DNA of 62,739 bases, filler included, from Phoronis australis (GCA_002633005.1; 7 parts of 7 records of this genome joined end to end with filler, not necessarily neighbours in it), one strand, 5' to 3'. Shown: positions 49,101 to 62,739, counted from the first letter of the whole stretch. The notes: a model not told the origin generated them from the letters alone. Numbers and translations: made by a program.

Positions 49101-50152
49101 GAGAATAAGTTCTTTAATTATTTTCACTGCAAAAAATTAAACAAAGTGCCACTATACAATCGTAGGTCTTCTAATGAGAAAAATGCTCGCAGGTGTATCA
49201 AACGTGGCTCAAGATTTTTGAACACGGCTGAGAACTTTTCAAATGTGGCAGGATACTTTCAAGTGTGGCTCTGAACTTTTCAAACTTGTGCTGCACCATT
49301 TGTGAATACATACAGGGTGAATGCTGGGAATTAGTTTATGATAAGCATTGCTTCGTCAGGAGTTTGCTATCTCATGATTGCAGTTAGGTATTACTGATAG
49401 AAATAAGAAAGTACTACAAGTATAACTATTTGAGGAAATGTGTGTGATGTTATGTTATTTGTATCGGATGAATATACACTTTTAATGACTCGGTGGTGTG
49501 AGGTGTGTGTGTGTGCAGCTGTGTCGTTACACTTTTTAATGTTATGTAGGGCCCTAGAATAATGCCCAAAATTGGCCAACCCCATATCATTTTTCAGATA
49601 TGGTTGTTGAGACCAACCTAATTGGATACAGTGTTTGTCAAACCCGGTGTGATGTTACCGTGTATATTACTACATACGACCAATTTTTGGCCTAGCTACG
49701 GATTTCCCTCAGCTTCTGTAATGGATTTTGAGATGCTTGAAATTTTTCACAAATGTAAAGCCATGCTAACGTATGCATCAAAGATTAATCTCTCACCTCC
49801 ACTGTGGTGGCTCACCACTGACGATGAGTCGTTGAAATTTTCAAATATAACGAAAGTGTTCTACAGTTTTACATTTAGCTGACAAACTACGTGTATCCAT
49901 CCAGAGCACAGTAATTCTTTCAGTGACAAGTTTTTGTATTTGTTTGATGTTTGGTTGTTGTAAAGACATGTACTTTATCACTGTTGCACTGTGATGACTT
50001 GCATATCATTGTAGGAACGAGACGAAACAGCAGACAGAACGACAGAACTTCGTAAAGCCGTCGACCGAATCACGGAGCTGGAGGAGACTTTACACGGTAA
50101 ACAGGCGGCGCTGGACAGCTTGATCCAGGAGAACGACCAGCTGAAAAGCAAG
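43141..50152 (+). CDS. AKAP9: AKAP9/pericentrin-like centrosomal coiled-coil protein, 5' exons 43141-43188, 47043-47162, 47991-48029, 50015-50152; remainder lost at gap
   Basis: MDEEERQKKLQAGKER|LAAFQRKK resembles the AKAP9 N-terminus MEDEERQKKLEAGKAKLAQFRQRK; four phase-0 GT-AG exons; ITELEETLHGKQAALDSLIQEN coiled coil. Confidence 0.8.
48400..48868 (+). mobile_element. MITE family C copy
   Basis: homologous to 17230-17710; 6-bp direct flank atattt. Confidence 0.85.
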
Positions 50153-53120
50153 GTGGGTGGTTAACAGGGATTGCTTCCATTGTGGAAGTGTTGAGGACAA
50201 GTTGAAAAAAAATGGCAAAACAGCTTTAAATCAAGGCGAGCACCTGCAAACTATTTTAGAAAGGAAATTACGATTACATTCACGTTGTCATGCATACATA
50301 TTTCGTCAGATGTGATGCTCAGTTTTGGTCGTTATTAAGAGAATCATCAATGATTGTGTGTAACTACCTGATGGTTAAAGTTATGGAGGACCTTATCAAC
50401 AAGACTGCATTGAGCCAAATATCTACAGAGCTATGGAATGAATTGAATGCAGAGTAGAAATTCTGTAATTTTTTTATTTTGTTTTTACACCAGTTTGCCA
50501 TTAAATTAGGTCATGCTTTTTAGTAAATCTTATTAAAAAAATAAAGGTACATTCACAACNNNNNNNNNNNNNNNNNNNNNNNNNNNNNNNNNNNNNNNNN
50601 NNNTTAATTAATTAANNNNNNNNNNNNNNNNNNNNNNNNNNNNNNNNNNNNNNNNNNNNAAAACCGCCGTTGGTCGCCGCAGCCATGAACCGTGTCCCAG
50701 ATGTAGTCCCTGCTTCACTGCTTGAGAATGAATCGTTAGATTCAAGAATCAAGATTGGCACTGATTGTAAACGATTTAACCAATGATTTAAAACATATTG
50801 CATGCCCTTTAAATGGTTACTAAGTGGACACAAATACAATAGTTCATTCATGTCATTAGCAGACAATCCAAGAAATGAACTGTCGGAATTGTGGGCTAGA
50901 AATTGAGGACATACGAAAGAACTTTCGAATGCAACGAAACTTCGGAGTAGTGAACCTTCAAAGCAGTAGACCTTCGGAGAAAAGAACTTTCGAAATAATG
51001 ACATGTAACCTTGAAAATCTTTCCGATGAAGTTTGTTTCTCCTACGATCGAAGTCTACGAGGCTGTGCTCCACTGACGCAGATTGAAAAGAGAATACTTT
51101 TTTCATTGACCAAAGTTTTTATTAGGTCTAGACCTGCTTCCCTAACAATTCAAAAAGAACTGAATTTAAGCACAACGGTAACGCACACATGAGTGCACAA
51201 TCGTGCATATCAATCCGCCAATCCACAACCAGTGTTCGAACACTGGATGAACAACATATTTGACGATCACTTTCAATTTGAAATTTGTAAATGCCTGCAC
51301 TTTACCGTACTGTGCCAGCACTGAGTACGCCAACGTACATGTACTGTAGCAAATAACAAACCCATTTTCTGCTGTTTTGTTTTTGGTCGATTTTAAGGCA
51401 TTCAGACCGCTGCTATATAGCTTTAGCTACGCATGGACATTTGCTTCTAGACTCCCTTGTCACCCTGTGGTGGGGCCACCACGCACGTTCCATGCCGATG
51501 AATAAAATAAGCCTCCTCTAATAACCTGTGCGATACTATCATCCACGCAAACACGAGTCGTACGCCCCGATGATTAGACGACGAGCTTTGAATCAGAGTT
51601 AAGTTTAAAATTATTACTTAGTTATCGTTGTTGTTAATATAATTAGTTATTATTGTACATAGTAGTACCAGTTGCTGCAACATTTTTGGCCTTGTTGTCC
51701 CATGTCCTCTCTTTAGCGGTTAGGCTAGGGCTTGACCTTTTTTGCGGTAAGGCTTTCGATCGAATCCACCGAACCCCCCTGGCTACCGGCCTGCTCTGTA
51801 ATGAGTTGCACCAAATTCCCTGCTGTATGTATGGACATGTACTATGTTTGACAATTGGCCTAATTAAAATTCCATTCACTTCTTGCACTATTAATTGGTG
51901 TTGCAAACGTAGTTGCAAGAGCAGAATGCCTCATTTTAGCATCAATTTGAACAACGCAAACTTGCGTGAAATTGTGCATCTTCAAAAGATGCAGATCCAT
52001 TGTAGTTTGGACACATCACCTGATTTTCAAGCACGATGGTATATTCACGCAAGTGGTGAGTAGGGTGCACCACAATGAGACGTACATGTAGTACATTATT
52101 TGGGATGTGTCTCAAGATGTTTTGACCCTATCAAAAGGAACTGGTCTGGTACTTGCACAGGTCTCGAATGTTGGTCCATTGCAATAATCACCTGGGGCCA
52201 TTCCACAGCGCATTTAAAAAGATTACTCAAATAATTTCATTCTTCGATTTCTAACATTATAAATCCTGCGGATGTCGGGCATTCCGCCAACTCAATTGAG
52301 TATTTTGCACTGCCATTAATTTTCTTTGATTAGCATTTGTACTTCTTGTCATCACTTTGGATGGGTAAGCAAAAGAAACGAGAGATTTTGTTATCTTGTA
52401 TTTTCTCGATTGTCCACACTATCCGATCAAACTGGCTCTTGGTTGCACGGCCCTTACTTAGTGGGCAGCAGAGAACCCTGGGAAACGGTTCAGCTCTTGG
52501 GACAGAATGCTAAATTCACTCAAAAACTAACCTTAATCGTCCACATGACTATTATTCACGTCAGTCAACATGGCTAAAGCAAAATTCGGGAAACATATGT
52601 AACAGATTTTCTATACTTCGGGTCGTCTCACAATCTCAGTGAAGCCAAGCAGCAGCACCCCGTCGCACTCGTGTTTTCTTGGAATGCAATACCAGGTGGC
52701 TCAATGTTTTTACAAGAAAATCTTCCAAATGTGGACTCTCGTTAACAATCTTGGTTTTGCATCCACCGCAAGCATTGCTCTCGAGTGATATACACCACGT
52801 GCCTATTTTAAGTTTATTTAGTGGCTTTTTAACATGTTTATAAAGTAGTGCATGTACAGCATATTGCTGTGCAAATCACGGATAGTGCATCGCTTTCCGT
52901 CGAGCGGTTATTAGATGTTTGTAGTCACATGATTGTTCAGTAGGAAGACATGACGTCTGTAGAGTACGATCTGCTGAAATATTTACACAACTGATTCACC
53001 AAAGACGCTAGTTCATTGATTCTGCAAAACGTTGTGCACTTTGCACAAATGCGCTTGAATGTACCTTACATTTTCAGTGCGATTTAAGTTCCCCCATAAA
53101 CCAAGGTTAAAGTTTTTTAA

Positions 53121-53189
53121 AGGCGAAGGCAACCTTTTTTCATGTCATTTTGAGCTAAAATAAGGTTGGTTGGTTATCCTAGACATATT
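53121..53189. mobile_element. Terminus of another Kolobok family G copy, cut by gap
   Basis: TTAA|aggcgaaggcaacc...ttatcctagacatatt nearly identical to the 37095 TIR. Confidence 0.85.
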
Positions 53190-53949
53190 NNNNNNNNNNN
53201 NNNNNNNNNNNNNNNNNNNNNNNNNNNNNNNNNTTAATTAATTAANNNNNNNNNNNNNNNNNNNNNNNNNNNNNNNNNNNNNNNNNNNNCCTCCAAAGAA
53301 TTACAGAGCACATAGCCAAGTTGCAGGAGGATTGACGTGGTTGCTGAAATTGCAGATTTCTATTCTTCAGAGGCTTGCCACATTGTTGCACAATGTGCAT
53401 GCTCAAAATTTTACCAAATTTTCTTTGGAAATGTCTATGCCATACAAACCATGCTAAAAGATAAGTACAGTTTCCAGGAAAGTTACTTTTGTCGAGAAAT
53501 TTGACAAAATGAAATTCCAGCTGTCTGCCATATTGTGTCCGAAACAAGACTTTTAACTGTACTGGGAGTTTCCCAGAGATATTAGGGCTGAAAAAAAAGT
53601 TATTTTGCTGAATGTCAGGGCTTGACCCAAATTCTAGAAATAGTCAATATTAATCGTCTCAATTTGATGAATTACGGGGACTACCCAACAGATGGCCAAA
53701 TTACCTTCCCTGAACATTGAAAACACACTTTCCAAAATTTGAGATATGTGGCTAACACCAAAATCACTCAAATTGCAGAATCGAGAAAATTTTGGGGGAG
53801 TTTTCATGTCCCAAATTCTAGAGACTAACTGCTATAAACAGCCTCGTTGATTCAACCAATTTTGCAAAGTCATACATACTTTTCACAAAATGTTATTAAA
53901 AATGAGAGAAAAGAGTAAATTTAATTGAATTATCAGAAAACAAGACCAG

Positions 53950-54570
53950 ATCACAAATGTTTATTTAAAACTCTTTTCGAGGAAGAAAAACAAGTATTAT
54001 AGTTAAAACGATATATACAAGCAAAATATATACATAAACATTCCCTTGCTACATACAATACACAATAAGAATATAAAAACGTTAACAAGTCCATTTTACA
54101 CATGGAATAAACAAGCAAATCTGAGTAATTCTGTACATCTCAATATTGTCAGTCGCAAAAATGGCTGAGTTTGCACCATGCAACCTACAGGATGGAAACA
54201 ACAACACCGCCATGACACAACAGTCATTAAGACAACGAGGTGAATAAACAGTCCTGGAGTAACCACACTCATAAATACTTTAGCCAATGTGGATGGGAGT
54301 TTGGTTGGTTTCCTGAAGATGGGCGGAAAGGGGCAACTTTTGCTAAAACCACGCCGCAAAGGATTTTAATCAGTACAGCCTCGTCCACCAACCCCGTCCA
54401 CCAACCCCGTTGTCAAGAATTTCCTTGAAGTGACAGACCACAAGGGCAATAGTTTAATTTAGTCCAGGCACTGGATTTTGAGATTCAGTCAACACTGCTG
54501 TTGATTTAACAGCAGGCCAAGGCATAGGATGAAATGGCTGGGACTGCAGCTTCAGTCAGCATTTATGAGT
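53950..54570 (-). other. Possible terminal exon and 3' UTR of an unidentified minus-strand gene
   Basis: minus strand ttttccag|A CTC ATA AAT GCT GAC TGA, followed by AT-rich sequence with AATAAA near 53965. Confidence 0.3.
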
Positions 54571-56196
54571 CTGGAAAATTGAGTAAAACGGCAAGGTGTT
54601 GATATACATCTTCGTGAAATAACTAAAGCGTACAAATTAAATGAACAGCACCGACTCATATGGAAAACCTTCGAAGGGTCAATGAACAGCATTTACTAAT
54701 AATTTATTAACCATCCCCCAAGTCTAACTGCAACAAAGAAGAGTTCAACTGCACAACAACTGAGGAAAGCACGATTGTGAATACTCGCCATCATTGAACG
54801 GAACAATTAAAACGACAACTCCGCAATGATCATGGCAGTGTCATAACTGAACAGCTGTGCCCGGATGTTTATGATGCAAAAATGGTGTTCACACACAAAC
54901 TGAATAACATAGCAGTCGTTTGTTTCTCAAGGTCCACTAAACACCTGCTTCTTTTGAGTTGCAATTCGCCTTGTTCAGCTGACTAAAACGATAACTGAAT
55001 CGGGCCTTTTACTCCCATAAAATCAGTCTTATTACATTTCTCATAGAAGGAGCTTTAAGAGTAAAAGACCTAAATCAATTTTTGTAGGTTGCCAGCTACA
55101 CAGAGCGAAATGCAGCTGTAAGATTACTAGTTATGTTAACATCACTAGCACGCCCCTCCCCCTTGTGGAGAACAACGATAAGAGCAAGGAAAAACGATAA
55201 ATCTTTGACTCGGTTTTACCCACTTAGACTTTCAAATTTTACAATTATTCACCAAATGAATGCTTCTGCTAGAAAGGACTGAACCGTTTCGCGCATGACA
55301 TCAAGACACAGATTTAAAAGACTTCATTACATCAATCATAATGAGAACAATAGGAAGTGAATTCATAAAATACGACTAGTAATCTTAGTAACCGCATGGA
55401 TGTGAAGGACAAGTTCAAAGCAATAATGCCTGAAGATGGCGCCACTCAACTTGTATTAAATATTAATTGTGAAACCAAGACTACGAAACACCAAAATGAA
55501 CGGCAAAAAACCTTCAATTTCGAACAAAGATAATTCGCAAAACTGCCTCGAGTCAGTAGAAACTTTCTTGGCTCTTCTTTCTTAAAAACTGCCTACACTT
55601 TTAAAACTGATTGACAAGCTCATCCAAGCTGCACCTAGATTACATGACAACAAATTCAAAAAATTCTGTCAGACCAGACCCTGACACGGAATAATAACAA
55701 ATGCTTACAAATGATCTAGTGCCTACTTAGCAAGAACATTACTGATGTACACTATAACCAGGGCGGAAACCACCAAACTGTACTCTAGACTAGACTTCAA
55801 TCAGTATATTTTCGAGTCGAGTCTCATGTAACATTTTGTGAATACGACCCCTCATACTGGACACTACTAACTTGACTTGGTACCAGTACAGTTAAATGCC
55901 TGCATGTTTTCAGCGCGAATGGGATTTCATTAGCGCCACCGTGTGAACTGAGTTGTTTATTCCCTNNNNNNNNNNNNNNNNNNNNNNNNNNNNNNNNNNN
56001 NNNNNNNNNTTAATTAATTAANNNNNNNNNNNNNNNNNNNNNNNNNNNNNNNNNNNNNNNNNNNNATACTTTCTGTGCGTAGCCCTTCTACCTCTTTTGT
56101 ACATATTAATTTTCATTTTATATTGGTCACTAGCACTTGTGCTACTGTTTTGCTGTTAATCTGTTCCATACTGATGTAAAATAAACATTTAAATTA

Positions 56197-56299
56197 CTGT
56201 AATCGTTCGGGTTAACGCCCATGCTCAGTTAACCGCCCACCCCCGATTTTTTGGATTCGCCAATTTAACCGCCCAGGGCATTAACCCGAACGATTACGG
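56197..56299. mobile_element. 103-bp Tc1/mariner-type MITE
   Basis: TA|ctgtaatcgttcgggttaacgccc ... gggcattaacccgaacgattacgg|TA. Confidence 0.85.
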
Positions 56300-56559
56300 T
56301 ACTTACTTACATCGCGTCAGGACATTACTCACTGTCACACTCACTCAGTCAGTAGTCGGTAAACTAACCCAAAACAGGCTCCGTTTAAGAGCTGAGTATT
56401 TGCTAACTCATTGGTGCAAAGCTGTACAAATATAATGCCTTAATGGGTGGCATTTTCATCAAAATACAGCTTGGAATCGATGTGATGAAAATCTGGTGAA
56501 ATAAGCAAAGTTCGCCTTTTTAAGCCCAGTAAACTCTATCTTGTCAGCATGAAACTTAA

Positions 56560-56899
56560 AAGGGTGCTAAACCCTGTTTAGATGATTTCAACCAATCCTC
56601 GTCCTGTCACCTGCTATTGCATCATTGGCATCAATCTTCAAAGATAAAAGCAGGAGTCAACTAAAAACTTATACTCTCTATATGTCATAGATTGGATATC
56701 ATAGTTCTTGGTCTTTCGCCACAGTTTCCGTGTAATGTGCTAAACGGCTAAAAGCGTAGGTCACGCTTGCCCAATTAGGAGATTTCGAAATTTCCCTCCA
56801 TACTTTTGAGGATTATAGAACATTATTTTGTTCCTGGGAATTGGATGGGAAAGTTGTTTTAATATCTGTTAATAGGACAAAACTGGGTTTGCTATCATT
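56560..56899 (+). mobile_element. MITE family D copy
   Basis: homologous to 25122-25410; TTAA flanks. Confidence 0.65.
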
Positions 56900-57183
56900 T
56901 TAAATATAGATAATTGGTCATACGAATGCTTAATTTGCAACTCTGGCATTCAACTGACTCCTACCTTGTCTGTTACGGCCGCTTATAAAAAGCAGTCTGA
57001 TACAGGTCCCTTACTTACGTCACACTCCCACTTTAGCCAAAAAGAAAAGTCACTTGTTACTACTTTCACTGACGGATAGAATTGTATTTTTGTAGGTATC
57101 ATTTCTAATTTCTTTCCTTGTTTATTTTTCCTCTCTTCACAGTGTATTAATGCACTATTATTGCTGAGCATTTTTGATTGCAG

Positions 57184-57980
57184 AGAAATTGTTGGTAGTA
57201 CTGAGAGACGGCAGAACTCTTATTGGGTACCTGAGAACTATTGATCAGTTTGGTGAGTAGTGATTATATGCAGGACTGTTGGGTATGCTGTTGAAAAAGG
57301 ACTGAATGAACTGTCCTTAAGGCTCTGATATACCAAACAAGTTGATTTTTTCAGAGCAACTGAGTCTATCTGAACATTTTGATGAAATGGACTGCGAGTG
57401 GGTAGAAACGGACAACTTTGGGCAAAAACACGCTTTTGTTATGACACTGCCTACAGGGTTTTTACTCAGACTGTACACTTTTTTCATTGTCTCGTTCAAA
57501 ACGTTTTTTTTTGAAATTCTCAAAAGTTTTATTGTCTTCAAACTCATTGAAAATTTGAGAAACACCGAAACCTGATTGAATTAATGTAAACATGTGTACA
57601 GTACAAGCCAAAAGTTTTCAGACGAAATGACCCAGAATTATCCGTCATGACGGCTGGCTGGANGCTGGAAGCCAGTTTCTTAGTCAGACTTAACAGGAAC
57701 TTCAGTAAGGTGACTAAGCCATTTTGCTGTTAACAGAATTGGTCTTCATCATCTGAAAACAGTATTTTGTTTGATTACTTTTGTCTTGTACTGTAGGTCG
57801 AGAAGGCTTATCATTTAGTTATAAACAAATTTTAAACTGCTATTTACTAACTTTCCTTTCGCAGCCAACCTGGTTCTACAAGGAACAATAGAAAGGATAC
57901 ATGTTGGGACTAAATACGGAGACATTCCTCGTGGAATATTTTTTATCCGAGGAGAAAATGTGCTGCTACTGGGAGAAATC
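57184..57980 (+). CDS. LSM1: LSM1 Sm-like protein, internal exons 57184-57252 and 57865-57980
   Basis: [22 protein letters not shown]|[39 protein letters not shown]; canonical splice sites; first and last exons not on this contig. Confidence 0.95.
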
Positions 57981-58228
57981 GTAAGTACAAGTCACCTCAC
58001 TAAGCTAGTCACATCATAGATTATAGACAACAGATTTGCAACTCTGACATTTTGACTTGAGGAGGTGCCACCATAGCAAACTCAGATTCCGGTTGGTGTA
58101 TTGTGACGGAAACTTCTTGCATATATTTTACTGTCCAGTACAACGAAAAAATAAAATTTCATCATTGAAATGCTGTTCAAAGTCTTCCACTAGTAGCACT
58201 TTTGGTATTGTGAGTACTTTTGGTGCTG

Positions 58229-58460
58229 AGCACCAGGCCTTCATGCAGCGTACGTCCTGGGCGTCCATTTGGACGCCCTAACACTAATGTAGACGCCCTG
58301 GCAAGGACAGATTTTGACTTCGGAGTTTCACTCGTGTTGGGGCCTCTGTCTCGGCATCTGCTGGATCCCAGCACTAGTGTAGCACCAGGCCTTCATGCAG
58401 CCTACGTCCTGGGCGTCCAAATGGACGCCCTAGCACTAATGTAGACGCCCTGGCAAGGAC
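58229..58460 (+). repeat. Two 80-bp direct repeats (58229-58308, 58381-58460)
   Basis: agcaccaggccttcatgcagc...gacgccctggcaaggac occurs twice. Confidence 0.9.
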
Positions 58461-60149
58461 GCCCAATGTATCATTTGGACGCCCTGTCAATCAGAATTTC
58501 TCCAGATTGGACACCCACATTGAAAGATTACTAAGACTCCAAGTAAATCAAAGTGGGAAGTTGGCCCTTTCAACTGGGAAAGAAATATACAAAGTATTTA
58601 AAATGTTGCAATGTTCAAGCCGTTTTCTAACTATTTGGTAGACCTGTCAATCATTAGCACGTGGTTGGTTGCCAGAGTGTCTGCTTTCAATAGACTCACA
58701 TGCCACTGCCATTCTGTACTTTATATAGGGACATGGACCTTGCTTAACTCCAAACTGGTGTTTCAGAGCTGTAATTTCATGTACTTCATCTTTTTTTAAA
58801 AATACCAAAAAGCAAAATAAATGTCATTACTTTAATAATATGATGTGCCGCAAGAATATCCCCATTTAAAATGTTTGAGTTTTNNNNNNNNNNNNNNNNN
58901 NNNNNNNNNNNNNNNNNNNNNNNNNNNTTAATTAATTAANNNNNNNNNNNNNNNNNNNNNNNNNNNNNNNNNNNNNNNNNNNNCAAGATACGACAACGTT
59001 ACGCACCCTCGGCAGTACAGAAGGCAGAAAAATATCATTCACAAATTGTATAAGAGAGAGTCTTGAGTGTGAAAATGGGTGCGCATCCAGCTCATAAAAT
59101 AGATATTTTATAACTAGGGAATACATCATTGTCGATGAGAAACGCCGACAAACTTGCCAACACATTTTACTTTGATATTCAATTAAGTCGGGTATATAAA
59201 TGTAAAGTCCAGATTTGTAGAAATCAACGTCTCAGTCCCGGAAACGATAGAAAGAGTCACATTTCAGGTCTTGTTTAATGGGACATTTTGACGCTTGACA
59301 AGAATGTACGTAGCGTTTTGTAGAGATAAATAGACCAGCCAGGAAAACTGATGTTCAGTCCCATGAACACCATGTTTTATTAAGAAAAGTAAAATGAACT
59401 TTAAAAATTCACCGACGGAACATTTGACATGGTTAAAGTAAGCGTCATTAATATTTATTCTCGCTACCTTATATTTATATGAATACCCTAATTAAATATT
59501 AAATGAATTGATGAATTGTTTTTTATGTTCAGAACTTTTTTTTAATTTTTCCACTGTGTATGCCCGGTCGCAAATGAATATTTTCCCACCCGACTTTAAA
59601 ACAGTGAAAGCGGGGTAGCCACAACCTCTTTTGATGTAAAATGAGAAATCTTTACTGCGAAGTTTATAACTACCGGTAGTCTCATTCTGTGCTTCTGAAA
59701 TGTTTTTGCCATGAAAGTCAAATATCTTGCTTGTAAACGCCAACGTTGCGATTTCTTTCGTCAATCTGCACTTCAAATACATGCGAAATAACCCTTGAAT
59801 TTAAACACCAAGGTTGCTGTAGAAGAGTATTATGAAGAGCATGGAAACATTGATCAAATTTTCTTGGAATGCTGTTTCTTGCGTTATTCCAAGCGTGGGG
59901 ACATTGATTTATTTTTAACTGTAGCATTGAGATCGGCCACAAGGTAGCGCATAGATAGTCCCGACATGTCAATCAACCTATAAAAATTCCAACCAATCAG
60001 TAAGCGGGAAAATGTAACCACTGCATCTTTGGCTTACAAGCATTCGTTGCTATCGAAAAAAAATATTGCATGCGGCCCAATACTTGAATTGCATTGGCTC
60101 AGCCTTTTATCACGGCAATTTGCGAATACACAAATTACGGATTTTGAAT

Positions 60150-61173
60150 CAATACTTGTTGGTTCATGAAACTTACCGCTGAAACAGATGACACCCCTCA
60201 CCTGGGCGTACACACTTGTAATATCAACTTGCCAGTTGCGGATTTCCTTTCGCTAGCTACAACAGATGGCTATCACAGATTTCTGGTTCTTGCTCGTTTT
60301 TGTTTTCCGTAAAGGAAACCTCGTGGACAATTGGAGAACTGCTAATTGTTTTATAACTTCAACCTTTTTATAGGAAAGTCGTTGGTCGTGTCTATTCGTA
60401 GGCAAAAACATGAACCTTGTCAAAACTGGCAAATAATATGGATGTGAAAATTTTAACTCAATGAGCTGATAACTTGTCCCTTTTCGAGACACAGAATCTA
60501 CAACTTTTGTTGACGGATGTTTTCTTACCCCGTCATCCACTTGTCTTTCTTTAGGGAGTATAATAAAACGGCAGCAGATTCATTTGATTGCAAGCATTCT
60601 GCCCCTGTCTTAATCAAGATGTTCTGGCTTAATAACATGAGCACATCCACCCTGTGCAATCGAATTGGTCCGGAAGGTACATATAACGTGTTTTAGGCTT
60701 CAGCCACCATTTCGTATAATGAATAATGTAGCTCCTATCCTTTTGGTTTGGACTGCCAGACGCAGGAAACAAGTATAATATTGTTTTCTTGAATCTATTT
60801 TTCACACAAACTTGGTCCACTCATGGGCATTTCGTCGATGTGCTTCAGTCGTCCGTGCATCATTTCGTCAAATGCCACAAATCTCGCAAACTCGAGCTTT
60901 GAATGGTGGCGTTTTAGGGACACTGTCCGCTCATCCGAGTTTTCAGTAGCGGCTGTAGAAACGCTCTGTTGTCGAGTCTGTGTCGTTGCTGTCGTCTGCT
61001 TCTTTGCTTTCATCGTCAGATGTAACTGGGGTGACGGATTCACTACCAAAACTTTGAAAATCAGTAGAATCCGACGAATTCTTGCATTCCACAAGTACAG
61101 CTTGAACTGTCGTTGTCTTGACCTCAGATGAGCCGTTTGGCTGCGACGGCGAATTGTTCTTTGAACGCTGCCA
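60150..61173 (-). pseudogene. Heavily decayed coding-like relic, possibly a piggyBac-type transposase
   Basis: acidic N-terminal stretch (SDDESKEADDSNDTDS) and C-terminal ICCS*RKEIRNW...ICF reminiscent of the piggyBac Cys-rich tail; many stops. Confidence 0.3.
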
Positions 61174-62739
61174 TCTTTTTCGAGGTTTTCTTTCGTTTTT
61201 TCCTATACATCAGCCACGAACACTTCATTCAACATTCCAAAGCTCATTGCTACCGTAGCCACCGATACCGTGACTTCTACTTCTTTCTGATACAATTTTC
61301 TTTCCCTTCGCTCTGAGTAAATGACTGATTGTGCCGATGTCATCCAAACGTCATGCTTCATGACCTCATTTTGACGTGTTGGACCCAGTCCAATAAAATT
61401 GAATTCAATGTCAAGATTACTGCAATTGGCTTATTTTTAGATTAAGTTATTTAGCGCTTTGAAAATTATTACTGAGCCATGGAGCCTGTCAATCTAATGA
61501 TTCTCAACTCTCTCAGGGAGCAAACAATGGGTGTGCAACCAGCTTTCGGCGCAAATCGGTTAACCCGATCACACAATCCTATAAAAGCTATAAGTGCTAA
61601 ACTGCCACCTGAAAGGGAAAAATATTCAAGACCTTCAAACTTATTGAGACAATGTGATGTGACTGTATTTCTGCTGTTATGTTCGTGTCAGAACAATTCC
61701 AGGCACGTTTTCACTAAACATTTGTGTTCAAATGTCTCTTTTACGTGACAAGTTAGCTGTAAAAACGCAATGTTTCTTGCAAAAAGATTTCCTGCCTTAT
61801 ATTTTCAATGGCACGGGTGGATATAACCTAAGCGATCAGGAAAAGCAACTTGAAAAAGACACTTTTGAGATAATTACCCTATACTGGAAGTGAATACCAC
61901 ATTTTAATACATAACAATGAAGATTACAAGTTGCCACACGAGAAAGTAAACATCATTGGGACCAATTTACCAAGCCCCAGGTCGTCAACGTTTTTGCCCA
62001 AATTTTGAAGTTCCTCCCTTTTCCACCACTTGGGCGTATGAACACCTGACGGGCACCCGGTGGGATAGTACGTAAGACGGGTATCTCGGGTTGGGGGTCT
62101 CTCCCTAAAGATAAGATTTTTAACACTTCTTGATCTTTGTATGAATTTCGTTTCATTCCAATGGTAGTCTATTATAGTCTAAGAGTTTAAACTGTCGAAA
62201 TCTTTGTTTACTATCACCAGGAAGAGATCTCTTCCTGCTATCACCCATACTTTCTTTGAGTACTTTAAAATCCACAAAACGTATACATAAGACCAAAAAA
62301 CTAATTTGGCTGAGTGGCAGATGTCGCAAAGAGCCAGAATCTTTTAACTTGACAAGTTTGAAGAGACATTATCGGTTTTACGGCATAAAAAGCATTTTGG
62401 GGTTATTACTGGATAGGAGAGACTTCTTGAAGTTATTACCTTTGATCAGAGCAGTAAAACAACAATAATCTGTTGCGTTTGTGATTTTATTACAAATTGC
62501 GAATTCTCGCCGTTTTTTGCCAGGCATTCGCTTAAAATAGTGTCATATAGCGAGTGGGATTTAGCTCCAACAGCAGTACGTTTGACTGAGACCGCGGGGG
62601 TCGCAGGTTAAATTCCACGCTGAGGCTTTGAGCCAACTTCGCGGTGTCAGGTCAAACGGTACGTGGGACAAACTGAGGATTTTCTCGACAAATCCCTGTT
62701 CTCGCCGACGTGTACTCAAATTTAAGGCAACTTGAAAAC

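Noticed and set aside
19903-58983. TTAATTAATTAA motif recurring inside six 100-bp N blocks
   Set aside because: Artificial scaffolding linker (stops in all six frames); gene adjacency across these gaps is not reliable
62550-62640. tRNA/SINE-like head near the window end
   Set aside because: A and B boxes too degenerate and no second copy in the window

Overview
Repeat-rich eukaryotic (invertebrate animal) draft-genome scaffold, broken by seven N-gaps; six carry an artificial TTAATTAATTAA linker, so order across gaps is uncertain. Spliced genes, all on +: a partial TNF-receptor-superfamily gene whose cytoplasmic tail is built from duplicated 42-nt and 33-nt microexons; an RDH11/12/13-like SDR missing its last exon; a secreted C-type lectin lacking EPN/QPD; the 5' exons of an AKAP9/pericentrin-like gene; and two LSM1 exons. 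Mobile DNA dominates the rest: three Kolobok derivatives (one retaining both THAP-transposase and KolX/P2X7-ballast-like remnants), a Gmr1-type Gypsy relic with nested insertions, a Helentron-type element with a ~145-bp internal array, and many MITEs with 5-6 bp TSDs. The most striking element is a complete 541-bp non-autonomous LTR element (22045-22585) with tRNA-like Pol III boxes in both LTRs, a tRNA-Ser PBS, a PPT and a 4-bp TSD (Helenus-type TRIM). All calls were made by eye; no searches were run.
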